Of a DNA stretch of 64,000 nt, positions 18,772-27,954 are shown in pieces. The notes under the pieces are model-generated. The model had not been told where the DNA came from and did no database searches. It saw only the letters and a program-made list of their open reading frames with translations. Every line of letters starts with the position of its first letter. Positions within the stretch are counted from its first letter, which is position 1. The position numbers and the translations under genes are program-made. The stretch is from assembly GCA_035546615.1 (NCBI GenBank), contig DASZWM010000005.1:1-64000 (forward strand). Direction: 5' to 3'. This DNA comes from Minisyncoccota bacterium (GTDB lineage Bacteria; Patescibacteriota; Minisyncoccia; Phycocordibacterales; SBAW01).

Positions 18772-18780
18772 TTTTTAAAA

Positions 18781-19242
18781 TTACGCCTTCGAGCCTTCCT
18801 TGTACTTAAGGACGATGTGGCGGAATTTTCCTTCCCCCTGGGACTCCGTCTTTATTTCCGGATCTTCCGAGAACAGCTCGTGCACCACCAGGCGCTCGTA
18901 CGCGCTCATGGGGCCGAGCTCTACGTCATGCTTGAAAAGCCGCGCGCGCTGGGCCAGCATAGAGGCATTGGCGCGCACCGCATCCATCTTTTCCTCGTAA
19001 AAGCGGTTGACGTCGATCAAGAAGCTCGCGGCCTCCTCACCGTATTTCGCCTCCACCAGGCGCTTCGCCACGGTATTGAGCGCGCGAAGGTGGTCGCCAT
19101 CCGGCCCGATGAGCTCCTTGGCGTCGGGAGAGGCAATAGCCACGACCGTGCGGTGGCCGGTCGATATGTCGAGACTGGTGACCTCTGCGCCGAGCAAGCC
19201 GATGAAGGAAGTCATAAAATCTTTCAGAGCGGCGGCATCCAT
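18781..19242 (-). CDS. khpB: KhpB/Jag-type RNA-binding protein (KH + R3H domains).
   Basis: Lies downstream of yidC as in the conserved rpmH-rnpA-yidC-jag operon. R3H-like C-terminus (…LGPMSAYERLVVHELFSEDPEIKTESQGEG…). Start taken at internal ATG 19242. Confidence 0.75.
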   Translation of the reverse strand: MDAAALKDFMTSFIGLLGAEVTSLDISTGHRTVVAIASPDAKELIGPDGDHLRALNTVAKRLVEAKYGEEAASFLIDVNRFYEEKMDAVRANASMLAQRARLFKHDVELGPMSAYERLVVHELFSEDPEIKTESQGEGKFRHIVLKYKEGSKA

Positions 19243-19304
19243 AAAGACACAATACCCCAGCGGGCGGGGCAGACGCAACTTTGAGAGTTTTTACGGCCTC
19301 CGGA

Positions 19305-20024
19305 TTAGTCTTTTCGGCTCAGCTGGCGCTTGATGACCAGCTCCTGGCCAAGCGACACAAGGTTGCCGGCGGCAAAATAGAGCCCAACGGCCGCCGGAAG
19401 CGAGTAGGAGACAACGCCCATCAGGACCGGCAGGAAGTACAGCATCATCTGGCGCTGCATGCGGTGGGCCGCCTGGCGCTCTTTAGGCAGGTTTGCGGCC
19501 CCGGGGGCGGTGCGCGCCATGGAAAGGTGCGCCACGCCGTACTGGAGGCCCGCCACGACGATGCTGAGCGCGATATTATGCGGCTGCATAAGCTCGAGAA
19601 GCCCAAAAAAGCTTATATCCACGACCGCCGGCACGTGCACGAAGGGGTAGAGGAGCTCGCTTGCCACGTGCGGCAACCCTTCGCGGAACAGGGCGAAGTA
19701 GAGGGCTAAAAATACCGGTATCTGGACAAGAAGCGCCAGGAACCCGGCGAACGGGTGGATATCCTTTTCCTTATAGAGCGCCATGGTGGCGCGGGCGCGG
19801 GCCTCCGAATCGTCCTTGTATTTCTTATTTATCTCGTCTATTTCCCCCTGCGCAGCCTGCATGCCCATTTGGGTCTTTATGGAGGCGGCAAAAGCCGGGT
19901 AGAACACGATGCGGGTTATAAGTGTCAGGGCGATGATGGCAAGGCCGACATCGCCCCCCGGCATGACGCCGATGAGGTAGATAAACCCGTTATAGAGGGG
20001 CTTTATGAGCAGTGTTTCAAACAT
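19305..20024 (-). CDS. yidC: Membrane protein insertase YidC/Oxa1 family (short, monoderm-type).
   Basis: Five TM helices. Conserved YidC segments (LLIKPLYNGFIYL; PFAGFLALLVQIPVFLALYFAL; MMLYFLPVLMGVVSYSLPAAVGLYF). Operon position matches. Confidence 0.85.
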   Translation of the reverse strand: MFETLLIKPLYNGFIYLIGVMPGGDVGLAIIALTLITRIVFYPAFAASIKTQMGMQAAQGEIDEINKKYKDDSEARARATMALYKEKDIHPFAGFLALLVQIPVFLALYFALFREGLPHVASELLYPFVHVPAVVDISFFGLLELMQPHNIALSIVVAGLQYGVAHLSMARTAPGAANLPKERQAAHRMQRQMMLYFLPVLMGVVSYSLPAAVGLYFAAGNLVSLGQELVIKRQLSRKD

Positions 20025-20331
20025 GTAATAGCTTTTTTAGGTCCTCTGCGAAGGCGGCTGCGGCGTTTTGAGGGGGCGCGGACAGTATAAACAGTACCAT
20101 GTGGCCGCTCTGGGGCAGAACAGCCCCCTGAAGAGCCCGATAGACCGCCCGCCTCAGGCTGTTGCGCCTGACCGCGCTTTTGGCAACCTTCTTGGAAACG
20201 ACGACCGCGCAGGCAAACGGACCTTGTTTTTCAATGTTTTTTGAGGAAAGCACCTCTCCCCGGCGGCCCCGCCCCCGGGCGATGACCTCCCGCACTTCGG
20301 CTGCGCTCAGGCGCCGGCGCTTGGGGAGCAT
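20017..20331 (-). CDS. rnpA: Ribonuclease P protein component.
   Basis: Basic 104-aa protein (LPKRRRLSAAEVREV…SKKVAKSAVRRNSLRR…). Located between rpmH and yidC. Confidence 0.85.
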   Translation of the reverse strand: MLPKRRRLSAAEVREVIARGRGRRGEVLSSKNIEKQGPFACAVVVSKKVAKSAVRRNSLRRAVYRALQGAVLPQSGHMVLFILSAPPQNAAAAFAEDLKKLLHV

Positions 20332-20334
20332 GGC

Positions 20335-20469
20335 TTAGACGCTCTTGCGCGCGCGGCCCTTGCGGGAGCGGCGCTGAAGGGTCTTGCGGCCCCCCGGGGA
20401 AGCGCTGCGCTTAAGGAACCCGTGGCTGCGGGCGCGTTTGCGCTTTTTTGGCTGGTAGGTAACTGACAT
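20335..20469 (-). CDS. rpmH: 50S ribosomal protein L34.
   Basis: Manual translation gives [44 protein letters not shown] (44 aa), the L34 signature. It was not in the ORF track because it is under 60 aa. Confidence 0.85.
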   Translation of the reverse strand: MSVTYQPKKRKRARSHGFLKRSASPGGRKTLQRRSRKGRARKSV

Positions 20470-20553
20470 CCGTCAAATATAGCGTATCCCCAGTTTCTCC
20501 ACAACTTGTGCACAAAAAACGGTTTTTGACCGCCGTCGCCCTGAAGCGTATCC

Positions 20554-21909
20554 TTGGAGTACTTCGCGCCTCACATGACCACCACCAAAGAAATCTGGGA
20601 AAACGCGCTGACCGAGCTCGAGCTTGTCATTTCACGCCCCAATTTCAATACGTGGTTCAAGGATACTCACCTTATCCGTGTGGAGGAGGGAGCGGCCTAT
20701 CTCGGCGTCCCGTCCCAGTTCGCCCGCGACTGGCTTTCGACCAAATTCCATAAGGATATCCTCCATTCACTCCGGGGATTGTCGGAAAACATCCGCACGG
20801 TCGAATACGTGATATCGCGCGGCTCCAAAAAGCCGGTCGAGGAGGTTGCCACGGCCGCGCCGACGGAGCTTCCTCTCGAATCCGTGCACCAGAAGACAAA
20901 CCTCAATCCGCGCTTCACCCTTTCATCATTCATCGTGGGGCCGTTCAACGAGCTGGCGCACGCGGCGGCGCAGGCGGTCATCCGCAAGCCCGGCATCGCG
21001 TATAACCCGCTCCTGGTATACGGGCCGACCGGCTTGGGCAAGACCCACCTCATACAGGCGATAGGGAACCACTTTCGCGTGAATGCTCCCGATCGCAAAG
21101 TGCAGTACATGACGTCCGAGAAGTTCGCCATGGATTACGTCGCGTCGCTTTCCTCCGGAAAAGTGCAATTCTTCAAGGAAAAGTACCGCCAGTACGACGT
21201 GCTCATCATGGACGACGTGCAGTTCCTGGCAAAAATGGAAAAGACGAAGGAGGAGTTCTTTCACCTTTTCAACTTTTTGCACGACAACAACAAGCAATTG
21301 GTGTTCTCGAGCGATCAGCACCCCAACATGATACAAAACCTCGAAGACAGGCTCAAATCCAGGCTCAATGCGGGTATGATCGTGTCGGTCACCCCACCGG
21401 ACCATGAATCCAGGCTCGCCATCGTGCAGGCAAAGGCGGCACAGCATAATTTTATCGTCGCCAATGACGTGATGGAGTACTTGGCTTCGACCGTAGAGGG
21501 CAATGTGCGCGAGCTTGAAGGGGCGCTCAACACGCTTCTTATACAGTTCGAGATGCGCTCCAAGCCCATAACTTTGGCCGACGCCAAGCTGCTCCTGCGC
21601 GGGGCTGGGAATGCCACCAAAAAGGCGGTTTCGGTACAAGAGGTAGTTAAGACCATCGCCAACTTCTACGGCATCGAGGAGGCGAGCATTTATGAAAAGA
21701 CGCGCCGGAAGGAAGTTGTGCGGCCTAGGCAGGTCATCATGTTCCTTCTGCGCGAGGACTTCCATATATCCTTCCCGACAATAGGGGATAAAATGGGCGG
21801 CCGGGACCATACGACCGTCATACACTCGTGCGACAAGATAAAGAACGACCTCCACACCGATTCCGTATTGGCGCAGGAAATACACCAGATCCGGTTCATG
21901 TTGAAATGA
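20554..21909 (+). CDS. dnaA: Chromosomal replication initiator protein DnaA.
   Basis: AAA+ Walker A GPTGLGKTHL, Walker B LIMDDVQF, sensor motifs, and a C-terminal DnaA-box-binding helix-turn-helix (…FPTIGDKMGGRDHTTVIH…). An alternative start is MTTTKEIW at 20575. Confidence 0.95.
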   Translation: MEYFAPHMTTTKEIWENALTELELVISRPNFNTWFKDTHLIRVEEGAAYLGVPSQFARDWLSTKFHKDILHSLRGLSENIRTVEYVISRGSKKPVEEVATAAPTELPLESVHQKTNLNPRFTLSSFIVGPFNELAHAAAQAVIRKPGIAYNPLLVYGPTGLGKTHLIQAIGNHFRVNAPDRKVQYMTSEKFAMDYVASLSSGKVQFFKEKYRQYDVLIMDDVQFLAKMEKTKEEFFHLFNFLHDNNKQLVFSSDQHPNMIQNLEDRLKSRLNAGMIVSVTPPDHESRLAIVQAKAAQHNFIVANDVMEYLASTVEGNVRELEGALNTLLIQFEMRSKPITLADAKLLLRGAGNATKKAVSVQEVVKTIANFYGIEEASIYEKTRRKEVVRPRQVIMFLLREDFHISFPTIGDKMGGRDHTTVIHSCDKIKNDLHTDSVLAQEIHQIRFMLK

Positions 21910-22117
21910 TGTGGATTAGTACTGCGACTATTGTGGAAAAACTACCGGAAAAAAGTACAGCTATGAAAAATAAAATTACTACCAACACCAAGGCAACCAC
22001 TATACAGGAGTTGTTCTTTTTCAAAACCCTCTTTACAGCCTTATATGGCAACAGAATTACAGCTTATCCACGCAGTCCACAGGTGTAATAGTAATAGTAG
22101 TTTTTAAATAGAAAGAT
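21910..22117. promoter_or_regulatory. Candidate oriC (dnaA-dnaN intergenic region) with DnaA-box-like 9-mers and AT-rich tracts.
   Basis: Three 9-mers each have one mismatch to TTATCCACA or its complement: tgtggatta at 21910-21918, tgtggaaaa at 21932-21940 and ttatccacg at 22063-22071. AT-rich runs are at 21955-21985 and 22085-22115. Confidence 0.5.
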
Positions 22118-23215
22118 ATGAAATTCGAATCCACAACTGAACAGCTCCTCTCGGCGGTTTCGCTTGCAAGCAGGTTCGTGGAAAAGCGCGCGAATCTTCC
22201 GGTGCTTGCAAGTATTCTGCTTATCGCCGAAAAAGGCCGCCTGATACTGCGCGCTACCAATCTTGAATGCGGGGTTGAAATAACCGCGCAGGCCAAAGTA
22301 CTTGAAGAGGGTATCGCGGCCATTCCGGGGTCAGTATTGGCCGGGTTCCTTGGGAATGCCCGCGGCAAGACTGTATCAGCTCAGCTTTCCGGAGGCACGC
22401 TCAAGATGGAGACGGAACGCGCTTCAGCGTCTATAAAAACCGTGCCGCATGAGGACTTTCCGATATTGCCGCAGGTAGCGGCTACTACGTCGCTTACGGT
22501 TAAAGCGAGCGACCTTTCCAAGCTTATCCGCTCGGTAGCGTATTGCGCTTCGACTTCCGCGATAAAGCCGGAGCTTCAGAGCGTGCTTATCTACGGAGAG
22601 GGCGGCAAGCTTGTGGCTGCTGCGACCGACTCATTCCGCTTAGCCGAAAAGAACGTATCGTTGCGCTCGCAAGGCTCGGTACCGCAGCTCCTGGTACCCG
22701 CGCGCAACGCAGTCGAGCTTAATCGCATACTTGAAGCCGCCTCGGGCGATGTAGAGATCTATTACAACGAGCACCAGATATCGGCCCATATCGGCTCTGT
22801 GTACTACACCAGCCGCCTCATAGACGGCTCGTTCCCGAACTACCGCCAGATAGTGCCCAAGGAGTTCGCCACGGAAGCCGTCGTGCTGCGCGAAGATATG
22901 TCAGGCGCGCTCAAATCACTTTCCCTGTTCGCGGACAAGCTGGCGCAGGTTTCACTCGCTGTAGAGCCTTCCAAGAAGGCTGTGCTGCTTACCTCGCGCA
23001 ATCCGGACGTAGGCGAGCAGGTGTCCACCTTGCGCGCCACGATATCTGGCGAAGAGGCAGCTATGAACTTCAACGGCCGCTACCTGGCAGACAGCCTCCA
23101 AGCAATAACAGGGGAGAGCGTCAGGCTTTCTTCAAACGGCCCGGGCAAGCCGCTGTTGGTCAAAGACGCCGGAGACGATTCCTTCTTCTACCTGGCAATG
23201 CCGATGAACCGCTAA
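22118..23215 (+). CDS. dnaN: DNA polymerase III beta sliding clamp.
   Basis: 365 aa with three-domain clamp architecture. Conserved N-terminus (…LLSAVSLASRFVEKRANLPVLASILL…) and C-terminal LAMPMN-type motif (YLAMPMNR). Confidence 0.9.
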   Translation: MKFESTTEQLLSAVSLASRFVEKRANLPVLASILLIAEKGRLILRATNLECGVEITAQAKVLEEGIAAIPGSVLAGFLGNARGKTVSAQLSGGTLKMETERASASIKTVPHEDFPILPQVAATTSLTVKASDLSKLIRSVAYCASTSAIKPELQSVLIYGEGGKLVAAATDSFRLAEKNVSLRSQGSVPQLLVPARNAVELNRILEAASGDVEIYYNEHQISAHIGSVYYTSRLIDGSFPNYRQIVPKEFATEAVVLREDMSGALKSLSLFADKLAQVSLAVEPSKKAVLLTSRNPDVGEQVSTLRATISGEEAAMNFNGRYLADSLQAITGESVRLSSNGPGKPLLVKDAGDDSFFYLAMPMNR

Positions 23216-23219
23216 AAAA

Positions 23220-24101
23220 ATGTCCAAAAAAGAGAATCCTATAAAAATACCAAAAAGACCAACATCTTTTGGCACTCCTGCTGAGTGTGTTCGGTGGGTT
23301 AAAAAATCCGTATATCTTATCGCTCGAGGAAGAGCTTTAAATCCAGAAAAACCAAATGAGCTAAGCTGGTTTACTATTGGAACAGGTTGTGTGGTCGCCC
23401 CCAACCGTATGAGTACTGCAGCCCATGTAATCAATGACCCCTCAAGTCTTGAAAAAACAAAACAGCATCAGTCGGGCGACCAATACTACCTCATTAGACA
23501 TGACGACGAAGGCAACTGGCACTTTAAGGTTCTCACACTAGAACTTAATAAAAATTTATTTTTATATTCTGAGACTGACCTTGGAATCATTTATCTCGAC
23601 GAAGAATTTTATCAAATAGGAGAACAGATTCTCGCGCTAAAGGACGATTATATAAGAGTTGATCAAAAATTTAGAGTGATAGGTACAGAGGTCGCTGTTT
23701 TAGGATACCCTCTTTGTAAGTTAGATTTTATAGAAAAAGATCCAAACAGGCCTCAAGTGGGGGACATATTACTCAGGGTAGACACAGGGGTTATAAACTG
23801 TCGATACAGAATAGCGGAAAATGTTTATCGTTATGAGTTTACTATGGGGTTTAACCCAGGAAATTCAGGAGGGCCTATTTTTGATTGGAGGACAGGGCAG
23901 CTGCTCTCCCTCGTGCATGGTTATAAGGCAATCCCGGTTAATATGTCTGAGCGCGTAATAACCGACGAAGTTAAAAAAAATTTAAAGATTAAAGATTATG
24001 ATGGGAAGTCATTTATCGAAGTCGTTCACGCTAACTACTCAGTGGGCTACGCTACCCCATCTTTTGTGGAGACATTCAAAATACACGGGATAGTAAAATA
24101 G
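23220..24101 (+). CDS. Trypsin-like (chymotrypsin-fold) serine protease with no signal peptide, on a low-GC inserted gene.
   Basis: Catalytic His (STAAHVIND) and Ser (GNSGGPIFDW) motifs. GC content is visibly lower than the flanks (A/T-rich codons throughout, e.g. aaaaaagagaatcctataaaaatacc). It has a hydrophilic Lys-rich N-terminus and no TM segment. Confidence 0.6.
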   Translation: MSKKENPIKIPKRPTSFGTPAECVRWVKKSVYLIARGRALNPEKPNELSWFTIGTGCVVAPNRMSTAAHVINDPSSLEKTKQHQSGDQYYLIRHDDEGNWHFKVLTLELNKNLFLYSETDLGIIYLDEEFYQIGEQILALKDDYIRVDQKFRVIGTEVAVLGYPLCKLDFIEKDPNRPQVGDILLRVDTGVINCRYRIAENVYRYEFTMGFNPGNSGGPIFDWRTGQLLSLVHGYKAIPVNMSERVITDEVKKNLKIKDYDGKSFIEVVHANYSVGYATPSFVETFKIHGIVK

Positions 24102-24116
24102 TAAGGACCGTCCTTG

Positions 24117-26354
24117 CTACTGGGCGTCGTTTTGAGAATCGTTGTCTACTTGCTGGGGCGCATTGCCCACCGGCACTTCTACGCCGTCCTGGTAGCCGTT
24201 CTGCGCGGCCCAGACGCGCACCGGATACTCCCAGTGGTCGTACTGCGAGTCCTGGCCCGGATAGGCGGGAATAGGGCCGTTAGGATTGCTCTTATCCACC
24301 CAATTGAGTATTTCGTGCACGGACTGCTCAACGTATTCGATGCCGTTGCGGTTTGAAGTATTCTCGCCCTGCCAGATGCCGCGCAAGACCGGCTTGAGGC
24401 CGCTTTCGTTCTCGTCGCCGCGCGTGAATGATTCGTTGGGAGTGTGTGCGAGGGCGTACTGCATCACTTCGTGCCACATGGGGCCCACGATGAATCCGGA
24501 GACCTTCTTGACCATCGACGTATTGTCGTTGTTGCCGGCCCAGATGCCCACGACGATATTGGGCGTGTAGCCGATGGTCCATGCGTCCTTATAATCGTTG
24601 GTGGTACCGGTCTTTACCGCCACGTCGTATCCGGGGAAGCTCACCAGGTCGTTCTCGCCCAGCGGCGCGCGGGCGACCGGATCGGACAGCATGTCGTTTA
24701 TTTCCTCGGCCACGTTGGCAGGCAGTATCTGCGTGCCGGAAGACTCGGTGTTGTCCTCGATAACATTCCCCTGCGCGTCCTCTATCTTAAGCACCGCCGT
24801 CGGCGGATGCTTGACGCCGTTGTTGGCGAACACGCCGTAGGCGCTCGACATATCGAGCAGGGTCACTTCGCCGCCGCCGAGCACCAGGGTGAGGCCGTAG
24901 CGGTCCGGATGGGTGAGCGTCGTGATGCCCATGGACTTGGCGAGCTCAAGCGTGTCGTTGAGGCCCGCGAGATAGAGCACTTTGACCGCCGGAACGTTTA
25001 TGGACTGCGCCAGGGCGTTGCGCAGGGTCATGGGGCCGCGGAAGAGGTCGTCGTAGTTGGTCGGCGAGTAGCACGGATAGACGTTGCTGAAGTTGTCGAC
25101 CGCGCACGAGGTGGAGAACTGTGTTTTAACGTCAAAGACCACGGTATCGGGGGTATAGCCCTTCAGGAGCGCCTCCGCGTACGCGAAGGGCTTGAAGGCA
25201 GAGCCCGGCTGGCGGCCCGGGGCCGAGACCGCAGCGTTGTACGCGCCGTCGATCGCGGTGTCGAAGTAGTAGCGCGAGCCGACCATGGAAAGTATCTGCC
25301 CGGTCTTGGGGTCAAGCGCGATGAGCGCGGCATTGCTTGCGTTGAACTTGTCGGCATTGAGAAGCGCGTTGCGCTTTACTACTTCCTCGGCCTTCACCTG
25401 GAAATCCGCATCAAGCGTCGTAGTTATCTTCCAGCCGCTGGCGTCAACCGCATCGTCTCCGTATTTCTCTTCCAAATACTGCTGCACGAAGAAGACGAAA
25501 TGCGGCGCCTGTATCGACGAGTCGCGCGGCGTTGAAAAGACGACCTGCGCCTTCTCGGCTTCGTTCATCTCATCCTCGGTTATGTAGCCGTGCTCGCGCA
25601 TTTTCTGAAGCACCAGGTTCTTGCGGGCATCAAGCGCGTCCTTATGCGTGCCGAAGGGCGAATAGTAGGTAGGGGCAGGGAGCACGGCGGCCACATACGC
25701 GGCCTCGGGCAGCGTGAGGTCGCTTGCGCGCTTGCCGAAGAACGTCTGCGAGGCTTCCTCGACGCCGTACACGCTTCCGCCGAACGGCACCTGGTTGAGG
25801 TAGAGCTCAAGTATCTGGTCCTTGCTGTAGACCTGCTCTATTTTAACGGCCAATATCCATTCCTTGAGCTTACGTGCGATGGTCTGGTCATTCACCAGAA
25901 GCGAACCTTTGACGACCTGCTGGGTCAGGGTAGAGCCGCCCGAGCGGGTAAGGATGGTGCCGCCCGTCAATTGCGACAGGACGGCGCGCAGGATAGCGCG
26001 CACCGAGATGCCGCCGTGCTGGTAGAAATCCGGATCCTCAATCGCGATAATAGCGTGGCTGATGTTGGGCGATATCTGCGTAAGCGGCACCACGGTGCGG
26101 CGCTGCTCGTTGTTGAGGTCGTACAGGAGCACTGTGCCCGTGCGATCGTACATCTTGACCGACTGCTCTATTTTCCGGGTCGCGAGGGAAGAGAGGTCGG
26201 GAATCTGGAGGGTCGCCGCCCACAAAAGCATGAGGCCAAGGAGCACGAAAAAGGCGCTGACGCCCCAGACAAGGATGGCGCGCCAGTGTTTTCGGACGAA
26301 CTTCCAGGCTTGCCGCAGATACCGGCGGGCCCTCAGGAGCCATTTTTGAAGCAT
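24117..26354 (-). CDS. Class A penicillin-binding protein (glycosyltransferase GT51 + transpeptidase).
   Basis: N-terminal TM. GT51 motifs (EDPDFYQHGGIS; GGSTLTQQVVK; RKLKEWILA). Transpeptidase motifs SAFKPF and KTGTTND. 745 aa. Confidence 0.9.
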   Translation of the reverse strand: MLQKWLLRARRYLRQAWKFVRKHWRAILVWGVSAFFVLLGLMLLWAATLQIPDLSSLATRKIEQSVKMYDRTGTVLLYDLNNEQRRTVVPLTQISPNISHAIIAIEDPDFYQHGGISVRAILRAVLSQLTGGTILTRSGGSTLTQQVVKGSLLVNDQTIARKLKEWILAVKIEQVYSKDQILELYLNQVPFGGSVYGVEEASQTFFGKRASDLTLPEAAYVAAVLPAPTYYSPFGTHKDALDARKNLVLQKMREHGYITEDEMNEAEKAQVVFSTPRDSSIQAPHFVFFVQQYLEEKYGDDAVDASGWKITTTLDADFQVKAEEVVKRNALLNADKFNASNAALIALDPKTGQILSMVGSRYYFDTAIDGAYNAAVSAPGRQPGSAFKPFAYAEALLKGYTPDTVVFDVKTQFSTSCAVDNFSNVYPCYSPTNYDDLFRGPMTLRNALAQSINVPAVKVLYLAGLNDTLELAKSMGITTLTHPDRYGLTLVLGGGEVTLLDMSSAYGVFANNGVKHPPTAVLKIEDAQGNVIEDNTESSGTQILPANVAEEINDMLSDPVARAPLGENDLVSFPGYDVAVKTGTTNDYKDAWTIGYTPNIVVGIWAGNNDNTSMVKKVSGFIVGPMWHEVMQYALAHTPNESFTRGDENESGLKPVLRGIWQGENTSNRNGIEYVEQSVHEILNWVDKSNPNGPIPAYPGQDSQYDHWEYPVRVWAAQNGYQDGVEVPVGNAPQQVDNDSQNDAQ

Positions 26355-26409
26355 GAGGCAATTCTATCACGCCCGCCCGTATGCTAAAGTAGCTTCATAA
26401 TCTTACGGT

Positions 26410-27633
26410 ATGGGTTTCTTCTCTCGTACGCCAAAGGCCCCGCTCCCGAATGTTTCCGGGCCGCTTTCGCAGGTATTGCGCGAGCGCGGCTATGTCTATC
26501 AGCACTCCGCGCCGCTTGAGGAGATAACAGATGGCCCTAAGCGCACACTCTATCTCGGCGTCGATCCGACGGCCGATTCGATGCACGTGGGCCAGCTGCA
26601 AGGCATCCTCGTCCTGCGGCGGTTCCTCGAACACGGGCACAAGCTTATTATCGTTGTCGGCGCCGGCACGGGCATGGTGGGGGATCCCGGCGGAAAGTCT
26701 GCCGAGAGGAACTTGTTGAGCGACGAGGTGGTGGACGGCAATGCGTCCGCGCTCAAGAAACAGTTTGAACGCCTGTTCGGCGGCATGCAATTCAAGATGG
26801 TCAACAACGCCGACTGGCTCCGCTCTCTTAATTATATGGAGTTCTTGCGCGACATCGGCAAGCACTTCACGGTCAACGAGATGATAAAGCGCGACTCGGT
26901 GCGTCCGCGGCTGGAGACTCCCGACGCGAGCATCTCCTACACGGAGTTCTCCTACATGCTGCTGCAGGCCTACGACTATCTGCATTTGCATGGAAAATAC
27001 TCATGCGACTTGCAGGTCGGCGGCTCCGACCAGTGGGGCAATATAGTCTCCGGCGTCGATCTTATCCGCAAGAAAACGGGGGACACCGCGTATGCGCTTT
27101 CTTGGCCGCTCCTGACAACCCGCGACGGCAAGAAGTTCGGAAAGTCGGAGGGCAATGCGGTGTGGCTCGACCCAAAAAAGACGACGCCGTTCCAGTTCTA
27201 TCAATTCTGGATAAATACCAACGACGATGAAGCCGAAAAGTATCTCCTGAAGATGACGCTTCTGCCGAAAGCCGAAATAGAAAAGACCATGGAAGAGCAG
27301 CGGCAGGATCCGGCGACTCGCGCTGCGCAGAAGAAGCTCGCATTTGAAGTAACCGCGCTTGTCCACGGCATCGGGGAAGCTGAGAAGGCACGGGACGCCG
27401 CTCGGGCGCTCTTCAGCGGCGACGCATCCGCAGCGGCTGCGAATATGTCTGCTGTGCCGGGGGGAAGACTGCGCGATATCGTGAGCGATATGTCGGTAAG
27501 CGAGCTGCGGCGCCTCGTTGCGCAAGGCGCAGTGTCTTCCGTTACGACCGGCGCTAAAATTGAGAATGTCGAAACTGAGATACACGGCGATACTATTCGG
27601 ATAGGGAAGAACCGATTTATAAAGGTCGAATAG
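26410..27633 (+). CDS. tyrS: Tyrosine--tRNA ligase.
   Basis: Class I HIGH-type motif (DPTADSMHVGQL), KMSKS-type KFGKSEG, and a C-terminal S4-like domain. Confidence 0.9.
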   Translation: MGFFSRTPKAPLPNVSGPLSQVLRERGYVYQHSAPLEEITDGPKRTLYLGVDPTADSMHVGQLQGILVLRRFLEHGHKLIIVVGAGTGMVGDPGGKSAERNLLSDEVVDGNASALKKQFERLFGGMQFKMVNNADWLRSLNYMEFLRDIGKHFTVNEMIKRDSVRPRLETPDASISYTEFSYMLLQAYDYLHLHGKYSCDLQVGGSDQWGNIVSGVDLIRKKTGDTAYALSWPLLTTRDGKKFGKSEGNAVWLDPKKTTPFQFYQFWINTNDDEAEKYLLKMTLLPKAEIEKTMEEQRQDPATRAAQKKLAFEVTALVHGIGEAEKARDAARALFSGDASAAAANMSAVPGGRLRDIVSDMSVSELRRLVAQGAVSSVTTGAKIENVETEIHGDTIRIGKNRFIKVE

Positions 27634-27635
27634 CA

Positions 27636-27664
27636 AAACCCCCGGCGTACGCCGGGGGTTTTGC
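27636..27664. terminator. Bidirectional rho-independent terminator hairpin.
   Basis: aaaacccccggcg-tac-gccgggggtttt: perfect GC-rich stem flanked by A and T runs on both sides. It lies between the convergent tyrS and the small acidic ORF. Confidence 0.55.
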
Positions 27665-27832
27665 TTAGATAGCTTCTTCTTCGTCCTCTCCTTCCTCTTC
27701 CTCGTCTTCTTTCTTGTCTTCGTCCTCGGTCTCTTCCTCCTCTTCGTCTGCCTCGGCCATAAAGGTGCCGATTTCGGCGTCCTCCTTGTCCTCGTCCATC
27801 ATGAACTCGTCGTATGCGAACTCTTTTTGCAT
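27665..27832 (-). CDS. Small highly acidic protein (55 aa).
   Basis: Manual translation from ATG 27832: MQKEFAYDEFMMDEDKEDAEIGTFMAEADEEEEETEDEDKKEDEEEEGEDEEEAI. It lies on the minus strand downstream of ruvC and ends at the bidirectional terminator. It was not in the ORF track because it is under 60 aa. Confidence 0.35.
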   Translation of the reverse strand: MQKEFAYDEFMMDEDKEDAEIGTFMAEADEEEEETEDEDKKEDEEEEGEDEEEAI

Positions 27833-27954
27833 AGCTGCTTCAATTCGATAGCTTCTAATTTTCTGCGGTTAGGAACCAATGCCAGATTTGTACCAAACCT
27901 ATAGTTCTTTGCAACTCATTCTCCCGCACGGGTGTGTGGATATCGTGAAAGCGC

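Noticed and set aside
20926-21885. 319-aa minus-strand ORF.
   Set aside because: Antisense to dnaA, which has unambiguous AAA+ and HTH motifs.
24444-25535. 363-aa plus-strand ORF, together with the other long ORFs at 25590-26387 and 26395-26991.
   Set aside because: They are antisense to the PBP gene, or out of frame against tyrS. They are Arg/Val/Gly-rich with no motifs.
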